Positions 12,780 to 24,617 of a stretch of 40,343 nt of DNA are shown here, piece by piece. The stretch covers positions 124,001 to 164,343 of the forward strand of contig ML992508.1 in assembly GCA_010093995.1 (NCBI GenBank). The letters are read 5' to 3'. A program made the position numbers and the translations under genes. Position 1 is the stretch's first letter, and every line of letters starts with the position of its first letter. The notes beneath the pieces are model-generated. The model was not told where the DNA came from. It was given only the letters and a program-made list of their open reading frames with translations, and did not search any database. Origin of the DNA: Elsinoe ampelina. Its lineage: Eukaryota.

Positions 12780-13920
12780 ATGAGGCCGCGCAAAGGATGT
12801 CAACGCTGCCGAGAGCGGCATGCAAAGTGTACGGTGGAGCAGCCAGGCCGTGCATGTCAGAGGTGTACCAAGTACGGTGAAGACTGTGATTTCCTACCAC
12901 ACTTCCGCTTCCGCTGGGACGTACATCGCACAGAACTACTAGCAGAGGGCGACACACAGCCGAGCGTCGAGTGGTCGGACGAGCAGGTGTGGGTTTCAAT
13001 CAAGAAACGTTGTCAGTGGGTCTTCTGATAGGATCTTGTTAGCAAATGTTTGACCATGGTAGTCAAATATGTCTAAGAAAATGGCCAAGATTCATCCCCT
13101 GGTAGGATCTTCACGAGAGTGTCCTCTAGCAACCACTAAATAATACCAGGTCCCCACATACTCGAGCAAGGTGACACACCAGGAGTACCTAGCACCATAT
13201 CCAGTCGTCCGACTCCTGCGCCAGACTACGTTTCACCCGCTCAAGCGTCGTCGTCAGGGCCGTCGCTAGAGTCTTTCCACTTCCCATTCGACAAGCCTAC
13301 GCCGCCGGCGCACAGGGGCCGGCTGAACCAGCATGACCTTCTATCGGTGGCAAACATGTCGGCCATGCAGTCACCCGCGAATCGTATGATGTCAGCACCT
13401 TCTCCTGGCATGATCAGTCTGTCTTCTATGGGTGAGCTCGAGCAATCTATCGCAAATTCATTCGACCAGACGCCACCTTACGAGATCACCACCAGGCTCG
13501 CGCGTATATCAGGCCTCTCGTTTACCCGTAGGGAGATGCACCTTCTTCAGTACTTTGCTCCCACCCTTGCTCCGCTTGCGGATGTCTGCGAGCTTGGAGA
13601 GCTCATTTCGCGAATGAGGTTCCACGGAGAGCGCTATACGAACCTATGATTCTGCTTGCGGTCTGTGCTGTGTCGTCACGATTCGAATCTATCGAGTATC
13701 TGCTCCTGCTTGCGTCAGAGCCCAATGATCAGCCGGGTCCGGGTTTTGTGTCAACGCATGCTCAAAGAGGCCAGTATCGAGCCAGTTTCTGGTAGTAGGT
13801 TGTTGCTTATAACTGCCAGAAACAATGCCTCAATCACCTATTCGCCATCATGGGCCTGGCCTTGTCGAAGGACAATGTACATAACGCAAAATATACCGCC
13901 TGCCATATGCTGTACTCATG
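12780..13920 (+). pseudogene. Zn(II)2Cys6 transcription factor, degraded (3' end approximate)
   Basis: GCQRCRERHAKCTVEQPGRACQRCTKYGEDC binuclear cluster. After intron 13012-13062 the frame meets TAA at 13074-13076. Later fungal-TF-like segments (LLQYFAPTLAPLADVC; HFANEVPRRALYEPMILLAVCAVSSR) lie in different frames. Confidence 0.75.
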
Positions 13921-14489
13921 TAAGTCAACCATCATGTATTCCTACGAGCTATATCTGCCTTGCCGCCCCTTCATCCGGCCTATCTGATGGGAAGACTTTG
14001 CTACTTTGAAATCAATGTCTTTCCCAGACATCGAAACTCCGGGCGAGCACTTATTCTCAGCAAGATCCGCTTCACCATGACCTCGCTGTTCACACAACGT
14101 GACGAACCAAAGACTGATGTTTACCAGGTGGGTATCTCATCACAAATCGAGTTCAGAGAGAGCAAACCATCCGCTTCCTCAAACGAGTTCCGCAACTTGT
14201 CGTATGGAGGACAAGAGAAACGATTGAGATGTTACAGAGCCAGTGGAACTTGATCAGGACACATGAGATTTTCTGGGTAATCATCTAGTCGCAGCTAATC
14301 ACAATGTATATGCAGTTGCAATTGGACATGGACAAACTTTTCAGGATGGCAACATGTTTTAACGTATTCGATTCATCAACTTCATAACAACGACTACCCT
14401 CAGCCTTCACGATCCAATAGTTCTGGTGACGTGTCCAATCCTTGAGATCTCCTCTGCCCTACGCACCCTTCACTATTCCTATCGACCCA

Positions 14490-15785
14490 CTAGGTCAACG
14501 GAATTGGACACCCCAAATTCTCCAACCCCGTCCCTCCAAGCTTTTTCAAAACAAACGCCACCGTGTCCACCGTCGGCGTCACCACCCCATTCAAACTACT
14601 CGGCACACTCTGCGTCGCCAACTGATACAACAAACAAAGCGTGTTCTTCCCCTCCACAGTCGTCAACTTCCCATCCTTGATAACACCCCCACCCCAGGTG
14701 GGCAAGGCATTAAACCCACCGCTCCCCGTCGCGCCACCGAACAAGACGGGATTCTTGAGGTACATGGCCACAATCTGCAACGTGACGTCGTTGTTGGTGT
14801 AAGGCGCGACACGGTTCGTCCAGTTCTCCGGGATGCGTTCTTCGCCCGTGAACTCGTACTGGCCGCTTCCTGGGGAGGTCTCGCGGGCGCCGAAGAAGGA
14901 AGTGATGGTTTCAATGTCCGGGGCGTAGCCGCGGGTGCCGGATGGCATGAGTTCGTAGAGGAATGAGGCGGCGCCGTAGAGGAGGAGGGACAAGGGACCG
15001 AAGTAGAAGTTGGGGTTGCGCTTGAGGGAGTCTTGGTACCGGTCGTAGCGGTATTGGGCGAGATTGGTGAGGTCGAAGTTGCCCTTGGCTGTGGCGGCCA
15101 TTTGGGAGAAGAGGGTGCCGTTGAAGTTGTAGTTGTCGCCGTTGGCGAGGAAGAAGTCGTTACGGGTCAGCGAGGAGTCGGCTTCGAATTTGTTGTGGCC
15201 GTCGAGGCCAGGTTGGGAGCCGGTCAGGAGAGGATTGAAGGAGGTGCGGGACGTGGCGTCGCAGCCGATGGAGAGACGCTCGGTGACAATGTCGCCGTCG
15301 GTCAGGGTGAGGCCGAGCAAGGCCAGGAGGTTGGCGAGGTCGTAGCCGACATTGTAGACGTTCTGTTGAGCATCGACGAGCTCGCTGTAAGTGACAATAC
15401 CGTCACGGGCAAGGAAGCCGTGGTTGGCTGCGGCGTTTAGTCCCGGGCATGGACCTCGAATATCGTTTGGACCAGGCTTGATGAAGGCGTGGGCATCGTC
15501 ACCGGGAGCAGGGACCTGGTAGCCACCCTTGCCGGTACCTGGTTGGCCATTCTTTGCACCGCCGTAGGGGTACTTGGAGTTGTATGGCACGGCAGGCTGG
15601 TGATTGGCGTTGAACGGGCAGGTGACTGGACCACCCGGGTTACTGCCACCACTTTGCTGACGCTTCGTCTTGGAAGCCTTGTATGCGCTGGAAAGGGGAT
15701 TGGTATTCACCCCAGGCACGTTCGCCACCCAGGGGAAAGCTGTCGCCGAAGCGGCAAAGAGAGATAGTAGCGTGATAGACTTCAT
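14490..15785 (-). CDS. Secreted heme-thiolate peroxidase / long-type unspecific peroxygenase (Peroxidase_2), 431 aa, intronless
   Basis: Signal peptide, KR propeptide site, proximal Cys motif RGPCPGLNAAANHG, HNKFEADSSLTRND; TATA-like run at ~15850. Confidence 0.93.
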   Translation of the reverse strand: MKSITLLSLFAASATAFPWVANVPGVNTNPLSSAYKASKTKRQQSGGSNPGGPVTCPFNANHQPAVPYNSKYPYGGAKNGQPGTGKGGYQVPAPGDDAHAFIKPGPNDIRGPCPGLNAAANHGFLARDGIVTYSELVDAQQNVYNVGYDLANLLALLGLTLTDGDIVTERLSIGCDATSRTSFNPLLTGSQPGLDGHNKFEADSSLTRNDFFLANGDNYNFNGTLFSQMAATAKGNFDLTNLAQYRYDRYQDSLKRNPNFYFGPLSLLLYGAASFLYELMPSGTRGYAPDIETITSFFGARETSPGSGQYEFTGEERIPENWTNRVAPYTNNDVTLQIVAMYLKNPVLFGGATGSGGFNALPTWGGGVIKDGKLTTVEGKNTLCLLYQLATQSVPSSLNGVVTPTVDTVAFVLKKLGGTGLENLGCPIPLT

Positions 15786-17243
15786 ATTGGATGTGTGACT
15801 GGAGTTCTGCTAACTCTTGACTTACCTTCTTGGACACTCCAAGTCCTGGATATATATACTATACCGTGCAAATATCTATGTTCAAGATGCCGCGGCATCT
15901 TTCCTCTGACCCCAGACGTTCCAAATCTTGTTGACGTGCTCAAAAGTGTGTTTGGCTGGGTATGCTGTATTTGAGGAGTGGTACATGTCGATCAATACTA
16001 GTAGTGTAGACCTTGCAATGGTCGCATGAAGGTAAACCAGGGCAGAGTGTCACATCGCATAGTGACGATCTCAAACGGGCAAGCAGGTAACGGCACCTCG
16101 CTGCCGTTTTCTGAAAGTCTGGCAGGGCATGAACGAATGGGACGCGAGTTGATGACGCTGGTGACCAGTTCAGGGTGTGAAACATGCCGCGGTCTGCCAA
16201 AAGAGTGAAGAGGAGAAAGATGAAAGAGGAAACGGCGACAAAACAGGGGGTCAAGCTTTGTGCGGCACCCCGCAATGATCGACACGTCCAAAAGACTCCG
16301 GACGATCACTTCTCCGGCTTCACTTCCTTTTGCCACCCGTGATTGGTAGGAAATTTGGGAAATGACCCAAGCGGCGTATTTGGCTTCGACCGCGCAGTTG
16401 CTTGTACCCGCATCATACTCTTTGGGTCGAGACTTGGTCGTCTGGGGAGCTGGAAAGGGCATTTGCCTCGACACGACCGCTGGCAATGATACAGGCTGAA
16501 GCACAACCAGCGTATTTCCGCGTGCGCCACTATGATGATCTGCACGAGATTCATCACATTCGTAGCACATGTCTCGGGCATTTCGGAGACGTGACTGCTG
16601 TCCTCGAGATCTAGGGGCGAACTCGCGATAGCGTGTAGCCCCCGAACGTCAAGGACAAGAGGGAGTGGACAGAGACGACAACATGGAAGCACCCAACACT
16701 CCTCGTTTTGGCCTGCCCCTCTGGATCGAGCGTATTCCCCCAAAGCAACACTGTTACTTGTCATATTCAGAGAGCAGAATCTGCTTGAATCACAGGACGA
16801 TATCCGACCATAGTCGGCCCGTGAAGTACGAAAGAGGCATTGCTTGTTCCATGTGGTCTACCAATCGCAGCCATCATCACCTCGTCGTCTCTGCCATGGC
16901 CTCGAGCGTGATCCCTCCCGCAGCAGCCTCAACAAGGACCTGTGACATCCCCTCATCCTGTCTGTGGGATACCCCGGTGGGTTCCTGCAGATGCGGCTGG
17001 AAGCAAGCTTCGCCTGTCGACGCACTCTCGCTAATCAAGGTCCGCCATTGGCCAATCTCTCGCCTCTTCACGCTTAGTAAGTTCAAAATCTCCTCAAATG
17101 CTCGTCTAGAGAGCCAAGACGACCTCTTCTCCTCAGATATCACACCCAGAAACGCTGGACATGGCAATGACCTGCCTGTTGAGAGTAATGCCCACTGGGA
17201 TGTTGACCTGCATCAGTCAACACCATAGTGTTGTGGTAGAAGG

Positions 17244-17251
17244 TATAAATA
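17244..17251 (+). promoter_or_regulatory. TATA box of the small secreted peptide gene
   Basis: TATAAATA ~80 nt upstream of ATG 17326, followed by a CT-rich tract. Confidence 0.55.
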
Positions 17252-17325
17252 TGGACTGTTTTCCAGCTCATCTCTTCCTCGCTCCAATCTGTTAGATCCC
17301 AAGTATCCTCGTCAAGCCTCACATC

Positions 17326-17781
17326 ATGCGTCTCGAACCTCTTCTCTTCCTCTTCGGCCTCGCTCTTGCAGCCCCGGGACCCATCGCCGAGCCCAACGCA
17401 GCTCCAGCACCCATCGCTGCCCCTGTAGGCTTCACAGACTACAGCGAAGTCTTCTCTCTCGTAAGCAGTCTTCTCCTCCACTCACCCATGACCTGTACCC
17501 TAACAGTCATCAGGAAAAGAGGCAAACTTGCGGCAGTAAGCTATCCACCATAAGGACCGCTCCGTTAACAGCGCATGGACTTGCTGACAAGCTAGACTGT
17601 AATCGAGAATGCTGCCGCAAGCGCCCTAGCGGCAACTGCGACCCTGGTGGAATCAGCTGCGGGAGATCATACGTAGGTCTTTGAACTTGATAGAGTTTAG
17701 AAAGGTGTCTGACATCAGATGCAGTGCGACTCGAATCAGTATGGCTTCTTCTGCAGATGCGTCTGCGGGTATGGAAAGTAG
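17326..17781 (+). CDS. Small secreted Cys-rich prepropeptide (96 aa; defensin-like or effector candidate); exons 17326-17460, 17514-17535, 17596-17672, 17725-17781
   Basis: Signal peptide, A/P-rich pro region, Kex2 site LEKR, 48-aa mature peptide with 10 Cys. Three GT-AG introns with CTAAC/CTGAC branch points keep the frame. Confidence 0.85.
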
Positions 17782-18096
17782 ACTCCTCGGTACAAGAGTG
17801 TTTCCCACGGATGTAGCGGAGCAAGAAAGAGGAGCCATGCCGAAGCTATCATTATGGTTGCACTGGAAATGGAAATGTTGGGGAGAAACTTGTCAATGTC
17901 TAGGAATACTATCTCCAACCCTCCTGCGGGCTGTGCATCTCGCTACGAGATGTCTAGCATGCCATCATTATCTATCACATCTTTGTCTTCACCTGATCTG
18001 ACATGAATCCAACAGTACCCAAACCCCAATGCCATGCCCATTGCTAATATCAGGAACCGCTCAAACAACCTCCCACCGGCAGTCAACCCATCACAC

Positions 18097-21000
18097 TCAC
18101 ACAGCCTGCGCAGTTCCCCCACCATTCACCTCTCCCTTCCCAAACTCAAACGCCACATCCCTGACCCCATCCTCCTGCTTCCCCGCCCTCACCGTCTCAA
18201 CCTCAGTCGCAGTCAACCCCTTTCTAACCGCCAACACGGAATCCACAATCACCGCATCAATCCCCTCCTTGGCCTGCCTAGCCACATTCTTCGGATCATT
18301 ATTCAACGACCCATAACTAAAACACAACAGTCCACTCTGCCTAACCACCTTGACCAACCGGGGACACATGACCAACGGCGTCGCGGCGGAGACAATACCC
18401 AGTAGATTCCAGCGTGACGCGAACCGGATCGCTTCTTGCAGTGATGAAGCGCGGATGTCGCCCACCGGCGCGGTGCCGGCGTCTGTGAGGAAGAGGACGG
18501 GGATCGAGGGTTGTTTGAACGATAGCAAGAGGCAAATGTCCGGGTGGAAAGAGGAGAAGATGATGTTGCGGCCTTTGCCGAGTTGGTAGACTTTTGTGAG
18601 GACCGTGTCGACGAAAGAGTTGAGTTCGACGGCGTAGGTGTCCATTTCTTGTTCTTCGGATTCGAAGAGCATGGGGTATTCTGGGAGGGGTTAGTAAAGG
18701 TTGATTGGATTGGTAGTGGGGACGTACTCATTTCGATGTTGAAGCCGACCCCCTCTGGTAGCTTCTTGAACATGTCTTCCAGCGTGGCGAATGGAGCTTG
18801 GATAAAGTTTCCTCTACTGTTTGCTTTGAAGCCATTTTGTTTGTAATCTCGTGTGTGCTTCATCCTGTCGTCCATGTTTACCCTTGTATCTTCTTCCGAA
18901 GCCCCTAAAGAGTAAGACCGCTGTGGTCGGCCTTTACGTCCTCCGTTGTCATTGCCATTGGTGCCGTTCGATGGAGAGGCAGGACGAGACTGCCGCGAGG
19001 TAGCTCCATCATTCGCATGCAAGAATTGCTCGAGTGTAAGTGTATGCACTGGTGCATCAATGCCAGTCTCGCTGACCAGGAAATCATGGTAGATGACCGG
19101 AACCAGATCCTTGGTGAGCTGGACATCAAATTCCACATATGATGCGCCGAGGTTAGATGCTGCGATGAAGGATGGTATGGTGTTTTCTCCTAGCTGCAGC
19201 GACTTCATCGCGGCCATGTTCTTTCCAAGCCCACGATGTCCGATAATCTGTGTTGAAGTCCTCTTCCAGTATGTCTTGTTCTCGGTGATGGTCATGTTTG
19301 GATGAGAGAACGGCGTGATGATCAAGAAGTTAAAGTTGGCCGTGCCGATGACGTCCAGAGTGTCCGCTGCCACAATAGGGACGCTGAGATCACCTTGCAG
19401 ATTGATCCGTTTCGATCCTACACCTGGACGGATAGTATTAAGCATAGCGACACCTCGGCCGAGAACCTTGTCTTTGGTCCCTGCATAGGTCGGCACAATG
19501 TCAAATAGGATCTTGACTTTCGTAGGATCTGTAGAGGTGAATGTGATGGGCGATGTGCTGATATTTTCTTGGACAGGGAGATCGATGATTGTCGGCTCTC
19601 CGGTCGCACCCATAGCTGAGACCACTATCGAAAGTGCCGTATCGAGCTGTGTGGAGTGTGCGCTGGCCAGAGGGACGTTCTCCAGCTTGACAGCAGGATA
19701 GTCTTTTCGAGCATCCATTGATCCAAGACTGACAAGAATCAAGCTCTCGTTGGTCAGGTATCTGTGGCCGAAGGATTTGACCGGCTCGGGAGGGCGAGCA
19801 GCATTCGCATCTTTGAAGAGGGCATTTGAAGTTCGATCTCCCAGCGAGGAGGCCACGGATGTATTGCCGTTAACAGGTCGGAGTGGTGGACTGTCAGTCG
19901 CTGAGTCAACCGTCAAGTCAGCAAGACGTGTCGCGATTTCCAGATGTCCTCTGAGAGCCGCATGCTCAATTGGCTTCCAACCAGATGCGTCTGGTCTATT
20001 TACCTGTGCGCCAGATGACAATAGAAGGTCCACGATCTTTAGCTGCCCATCTACGCAGGCGACGAACATGGGAGTCCAGCCAAAAGTCTTCCCAGCAAGC
20101 TCGAGATCGGGCTTCTGGATGTCCGAGCCTTCGAGAAGGGCGACCATGCAATCTTCATAACCAAAGCGAGCAGCAACGTGCAAAGCCGTCTCCCCTTGCT
20201 CGTCCTGGTGATTGACGTTGACACCAGCCTCTACAAGCAAGCGAACGATCTTGTAGAAATTCGATTTCGTGGCTAGAGTGAGAACAGAACCAGATTTGTC
20301 GACTCTCTGCCGAGCATGAATCTCCTCGTCGTGCTCGTGCTGCCAATTCTCTGCAAGAAGAAGTGCTTTGGTGGTCCTGTAATGCCCACCCAGAACGCTG
20401 AGATGAAGGGGAGCAAAGCCTTCAGTATCCTGCCAGTATGCAGAATCGATGCCTTGAGACACATCAAACTGGTCCCATTCCTGCATGTGTCTGACGAGCT
20501 CCTGGGATGCGGCTACAAGACCATATTGCGCAGCATAGTGCAGCGGGATCCTACCGTACATGTCGCGAGCAAGCAGAGCAGGTCGCTGCTCTGGTTTGAG
20601 GCTATTCAAAACATGGACAAGTAGCTTGATGGACGGATCGGCCTTGCCCAATGTTTTGTCCACGTCTCGTTCTTCCACCTTGAAGGCTCCTGCCGCGAGT
20701 CGAGGGAACTCGGCAGCTGGGATGAAGTTGACTGGATCCGGCAATTCTTCACCCACAGGCTTGTTTTGGTTGTCAATCACTCTTCCCCGGCCAACAGATA
20801 TGATGTAACGGTGTATGATGTTCCTCTTGTTCATGTCGTCTTCCTCTTCCAAGGGCCCTGAGATTGAGAGAAGATAAGGAATACTGTTTGTGGCTTTGCA
20901 GGTAATGGCACGATGCAGCAAGCCGAGCAACACCTTGGACCGCTGTGGCTCCGGCAAGTCTGATGGTATAACATTGAAGAGCTCTCTGATCTCGTCGACT

Positions 21001-21702
21001 GCATCTTGTCGAACGGCACCCTCGAGACCTTCCAGAGTGGCTCCAGGTATGCGGACAGCATTGCGAGACACGGTACGTTGCAGCGAGCCAGTCGAATGGA
21101 CCGATGCTTTATCGTCGAAGATCTTGACCTCTGCAAGCGCTGACAGCCAGTCATTTACCGCACGCATGTCATTCGTAAGCCGGAAGTTGGAGGCAAAGGG
21201 CTTTGGGTCGACTTTTGTAGCAAGGTATCTGCTTTGCGCGGAGGAAGCTGTGATCTTCTTGTCCAGCTTCTTCGTGATCTTGACAAAACCCCTCCGGTTG
21301 ACCTCTCCATACCACTGAAGCTTTCTGTATTGACTGCGGAGCTCAAGGAGGGCCCCCATCAGGTCTTCAAGCTCTTCCCTGTCCATCTCCTCTTGTGGCT
21401 TGGCTGTAGTGCCATACCGCTCGTACAGCAGGCGCAGGCGACGAGAGAACTCGGCATATTTCTTGTTGTAGAAGAAGTCGACATCTTCCAGGTTGCGATC
21501 AAGGGCATAGAAGAATTCTAAGAGCAGATTAGTCGTGTGTGTTGCAGGCAAACTGCTCATGCATACCTGCCAGGTCTGCTCCCCCTTCGGCAGTCTCTTC
21601 CTTATGGGCAGACTTGATGAGTTTTTTCAAGCCTTTATAGTTGATATAGGAAGAGGACCACTCGGGGACCTGATTGCGTGCAAGATTCTGGCCGAACTTC
21701 AT
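18097..21702 (-). CDS. GDE1: Glycerophosphocholine phosphodiesterase (SPX-ankyrin-GDPD); introns 21518-21566 and 18681-18727
   Basis: SPX start MKFGQNLARNQVPEWSSSYINYKGLKK, ankyrin repeats (GETALHVAARFG), GDPD motifs IIGHRGLG, ENT, VEFDVQLTKD, FNIEMKYP. Confidence 0.96.
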
Positions 21703-22462
21703 CCTGGCGTGGTGTAATTTGCGCGGCGGTGTAGAAGATTTGCTCGAATCACGACCGCGTCGCGAGCAACGACAGGAAGGTCGAGGGTGGATGTCAAGAC
21801 ATTGATATGCCCAGATAGAGGATTCCCTATCTCAACCTGGTCGTCTTTGGTTGCACAGGTCCATTGACACGAGCAGGGGTTGTGATAGCCATGGAAATTG
21901 ACTGTATGCAAGATTGTCCACAGATCGAAGTGGGGTGAAGTGTTGAGATAGAGAGGAGCTGCAAACTGTGACATCAAGTTAAACAAGCATGTGAGAGTCT
22001 GAGACGTTCTGGTTGGCTCAAACGTGTCACCGTCCCTGAAAGATCAAGAGACCCTGCCGCTCTTGGGCCCGTTGGCTTTTGACCAAAAAAAAAGAGAGTC
22101 ATCAAACCGTGGGACCCACGTGTCCTTCATCTGTTCGAGGCCTCCAAGGTGGCTTCCCCACATTAATCGCAAACTACGAACCAGTAGATCATCTGTCAAT
22201 GTGGTATAGATAGCATGGGCGAGATGCATTGGAGCGGCGAGGCCGAGTCCAAGACCATAGCTTGCATTTGGCGTCCAAAGAGACCATGGAACAGGCGGGT
22301 GACACCAGGACGGGCGGCTAATTGCCTTGAGTCTGGCTCGTTATCGGTCAAGTCACACTTGCGCCACATGCTTCGTACAGTCATGTCTGGTGATATGTCT
22401 GATGTCTTGGAGGACGATAGGCTTGACTCCTCCTCGTAACCGTCTGTCCTCGTGCTCACATC

Positions 22463-24617
22463 ATGCCCCGCCTGATCATATCGACAACTGGCTCGACCGA
22501 CAAGATCCTACCAGTACTCCTTGCCAGCACATACGTCAACAAGCATGGTGATTTGCCCTTCGTGGAAGTCACATTCGAGCACAGCGACGACGCTGAGATA
22601 TCGGATGCGCCTGTCAAGCTTGAACTTGACGATGGTCTAGAGCTGGTCAGGCAAGAAGTGATCCTCTGCAAGCTTGCCGCGTTCGCGTCCTTGGGTGACA
22701 ATGTTGACTATCAGAATGTGAAGATTGAGCCGCCTGTGTTTCAACGTCAGCTAAGAGAAGCAGGTAGGAACCTGGACAGACAAGTCTATGCGATTCAGCA
22801 ACGCCGGCTACAAATCCTTGCAGGAGCATCTCAGCGAGCTCGACGAGCATCTGACGTTACGCTCCTATATTCTTGGTCATCAACTGAGCCTGGCGGATGT
22901 CGTCGTGTACGGCAGCCTTCGTGCCAATCATGTCGCGATGGCGGTCGTGGCGCACCAGACGAACGTACAAAGATGGATGGCGCTTGTCTTGTCCGTGACT
23001 CCTTGGGTTGAAGAGTCGAGGACTGCATTGCACGCACGCCTGGATGGATCAAAATCAAGCACAGACAGCATAGCTAGTATGATCGCGCGGGCGAGGGAGA
23101 TATCTGGTGGACCAGTGGTTACTCGCTTTCCACCTGAGCCATCAGGATACCTACATATTGGCCATGCTAAAGCTGCCTTGCTGAATCATGTCCTCGCCCA
23201 CGAGAGCGGTGGTCATTTGGTGTGCAGGTTCGACGACACAAATCCGTCAAAGGAGTCTCAGGAGTATCAGGACTCTATCCTGGTCGACCTTGCCGCCATC
23301 GGAGTCAAGCCTGATCGAATCACCTATTCCAGCGACTACTTTGATGCAATGTTTCAAGCTTGTAGAAAATTGATCACGTCGGGCCACGCATATGCGGACG
23401 ACACTGACGGACCGAGCATGAAACAACAGCGATGGCATGGTCTGGAGAGCAGAAATCGGGAGGCAGACATCAACATGTCGCTGGCGAAACTCGATGAGAT
23501 GAGGGATGGGACCGAGGAAGGTCTGCGATGGTGCATTCGAGCCAAAATCTCCGTGGACAACGTCAACAAGGCACTTAGAGATCCAGTCATCTACCGCTGC
23601 AACCTGGAACCTCATCATCGTACTGGGTCAACATGGAAGATGTACCCAACCTACGACCTTTGTGCGCCGCTTGTCGACTCTATGGAAGGTGTCACTCTAG
23701 CTCTGCGTACTACAGAGTACAACGATCGAAATGCGCAGTATGCTTGGATGCAACAGGCTCTACAGCTTCGAGGGGTTCCTGTATGGGAGTTTGGCCGATT
23801 GTCATTCGCACAGACTGTACTCTCAAAGCGAAAGCTGTCACAAATTGTCGATGCTCGAGCTGTCGCAGGCTGGGATGATCCGAGGATCCCAACGATTCGA
23901 GGTTTACTACGTAGAGGTCTGACCGTTCCCGCGCTTCGAAGCTTTATCAGAGAGCAGGGTCCCAGCCGGAATGTAGTCACTCTCGACTGGAGTCCCTTGT
24001 GGGCAATTAACAAGAAACAAATCGACCCAGTTGCTCCAAGATATACCGCCGTCCGCACCAACCGAATGGTTGTCCTCTCGATCAACGGTATTTCGAGCAC
24101 ACGTACGGAGTGGCAGCCCAAGCATACGAAGAATCCAGCAATCGGCACGAAGAAGATAGTGTATGGAAACCGCATTCTGATCGATCAGGATGATGCAAAG
24201 ACGCTCGAACTTGATGAAGAAGTCACACTTATGACCTGGGGCAACGCGGTTGTCAGCAAGCTAGAGAGAGTCCAAGGCCATGTCACCACTGTGAGCATGG
24301 AACTTCGCTTGGATGGGAATGTCAAAGAGACCAAGAAGAAATTGACGTGGCTATCAAGCGACCAAGATCTCACTCCGGTCGTCTTGCATGAATTTGGATC
24401 TCTTCTCAAAAAAGATAAATTGGGTAAGGACGATGACTTACAGGACTGTCTGAATATCTGCTCGGAAAGTATGCAAGAGGCTGTGGCCGACTGTAACGTG
24501 AGAGACTTGCTGGCGGGAACTATCATCCAATTCGAGCGGTATGGCTATTACCGTATCGATCAAGCAGCCGAGACCAAAGTTCCAGCACAGTGCTTCAAAA
24601 TACCGACTGGCAAATAG
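22463..24617 (+). CDS. GUS1: Cytosolic-type glutamyl-tRNA synthetase (~702 aa), apparently divergent; intron 22718-22763
   Basis: GST-like N-domain (HLTLRSYILG..LSLAD), VVTRFPPEPSGYLHIGHAKA (HIGH), RFDDTNP, LSKRKL, GWDDPR, C-terminal IIQFERYGYYRID..IPTGK. Confidence 0.92.

Noticed and set aside
15940..17228. Several 100-190 aa ORFs between the peroxygenase and the peptide gene
   Set aside because: No motifs, overlapping on both strands; fits a shared promoter region.
18303..18727. C-terminal tail of the 1085-aa ORF
   Set aside because: Read-through of intron 18681-18727; the true last exon is in the 18097-18672 frame.
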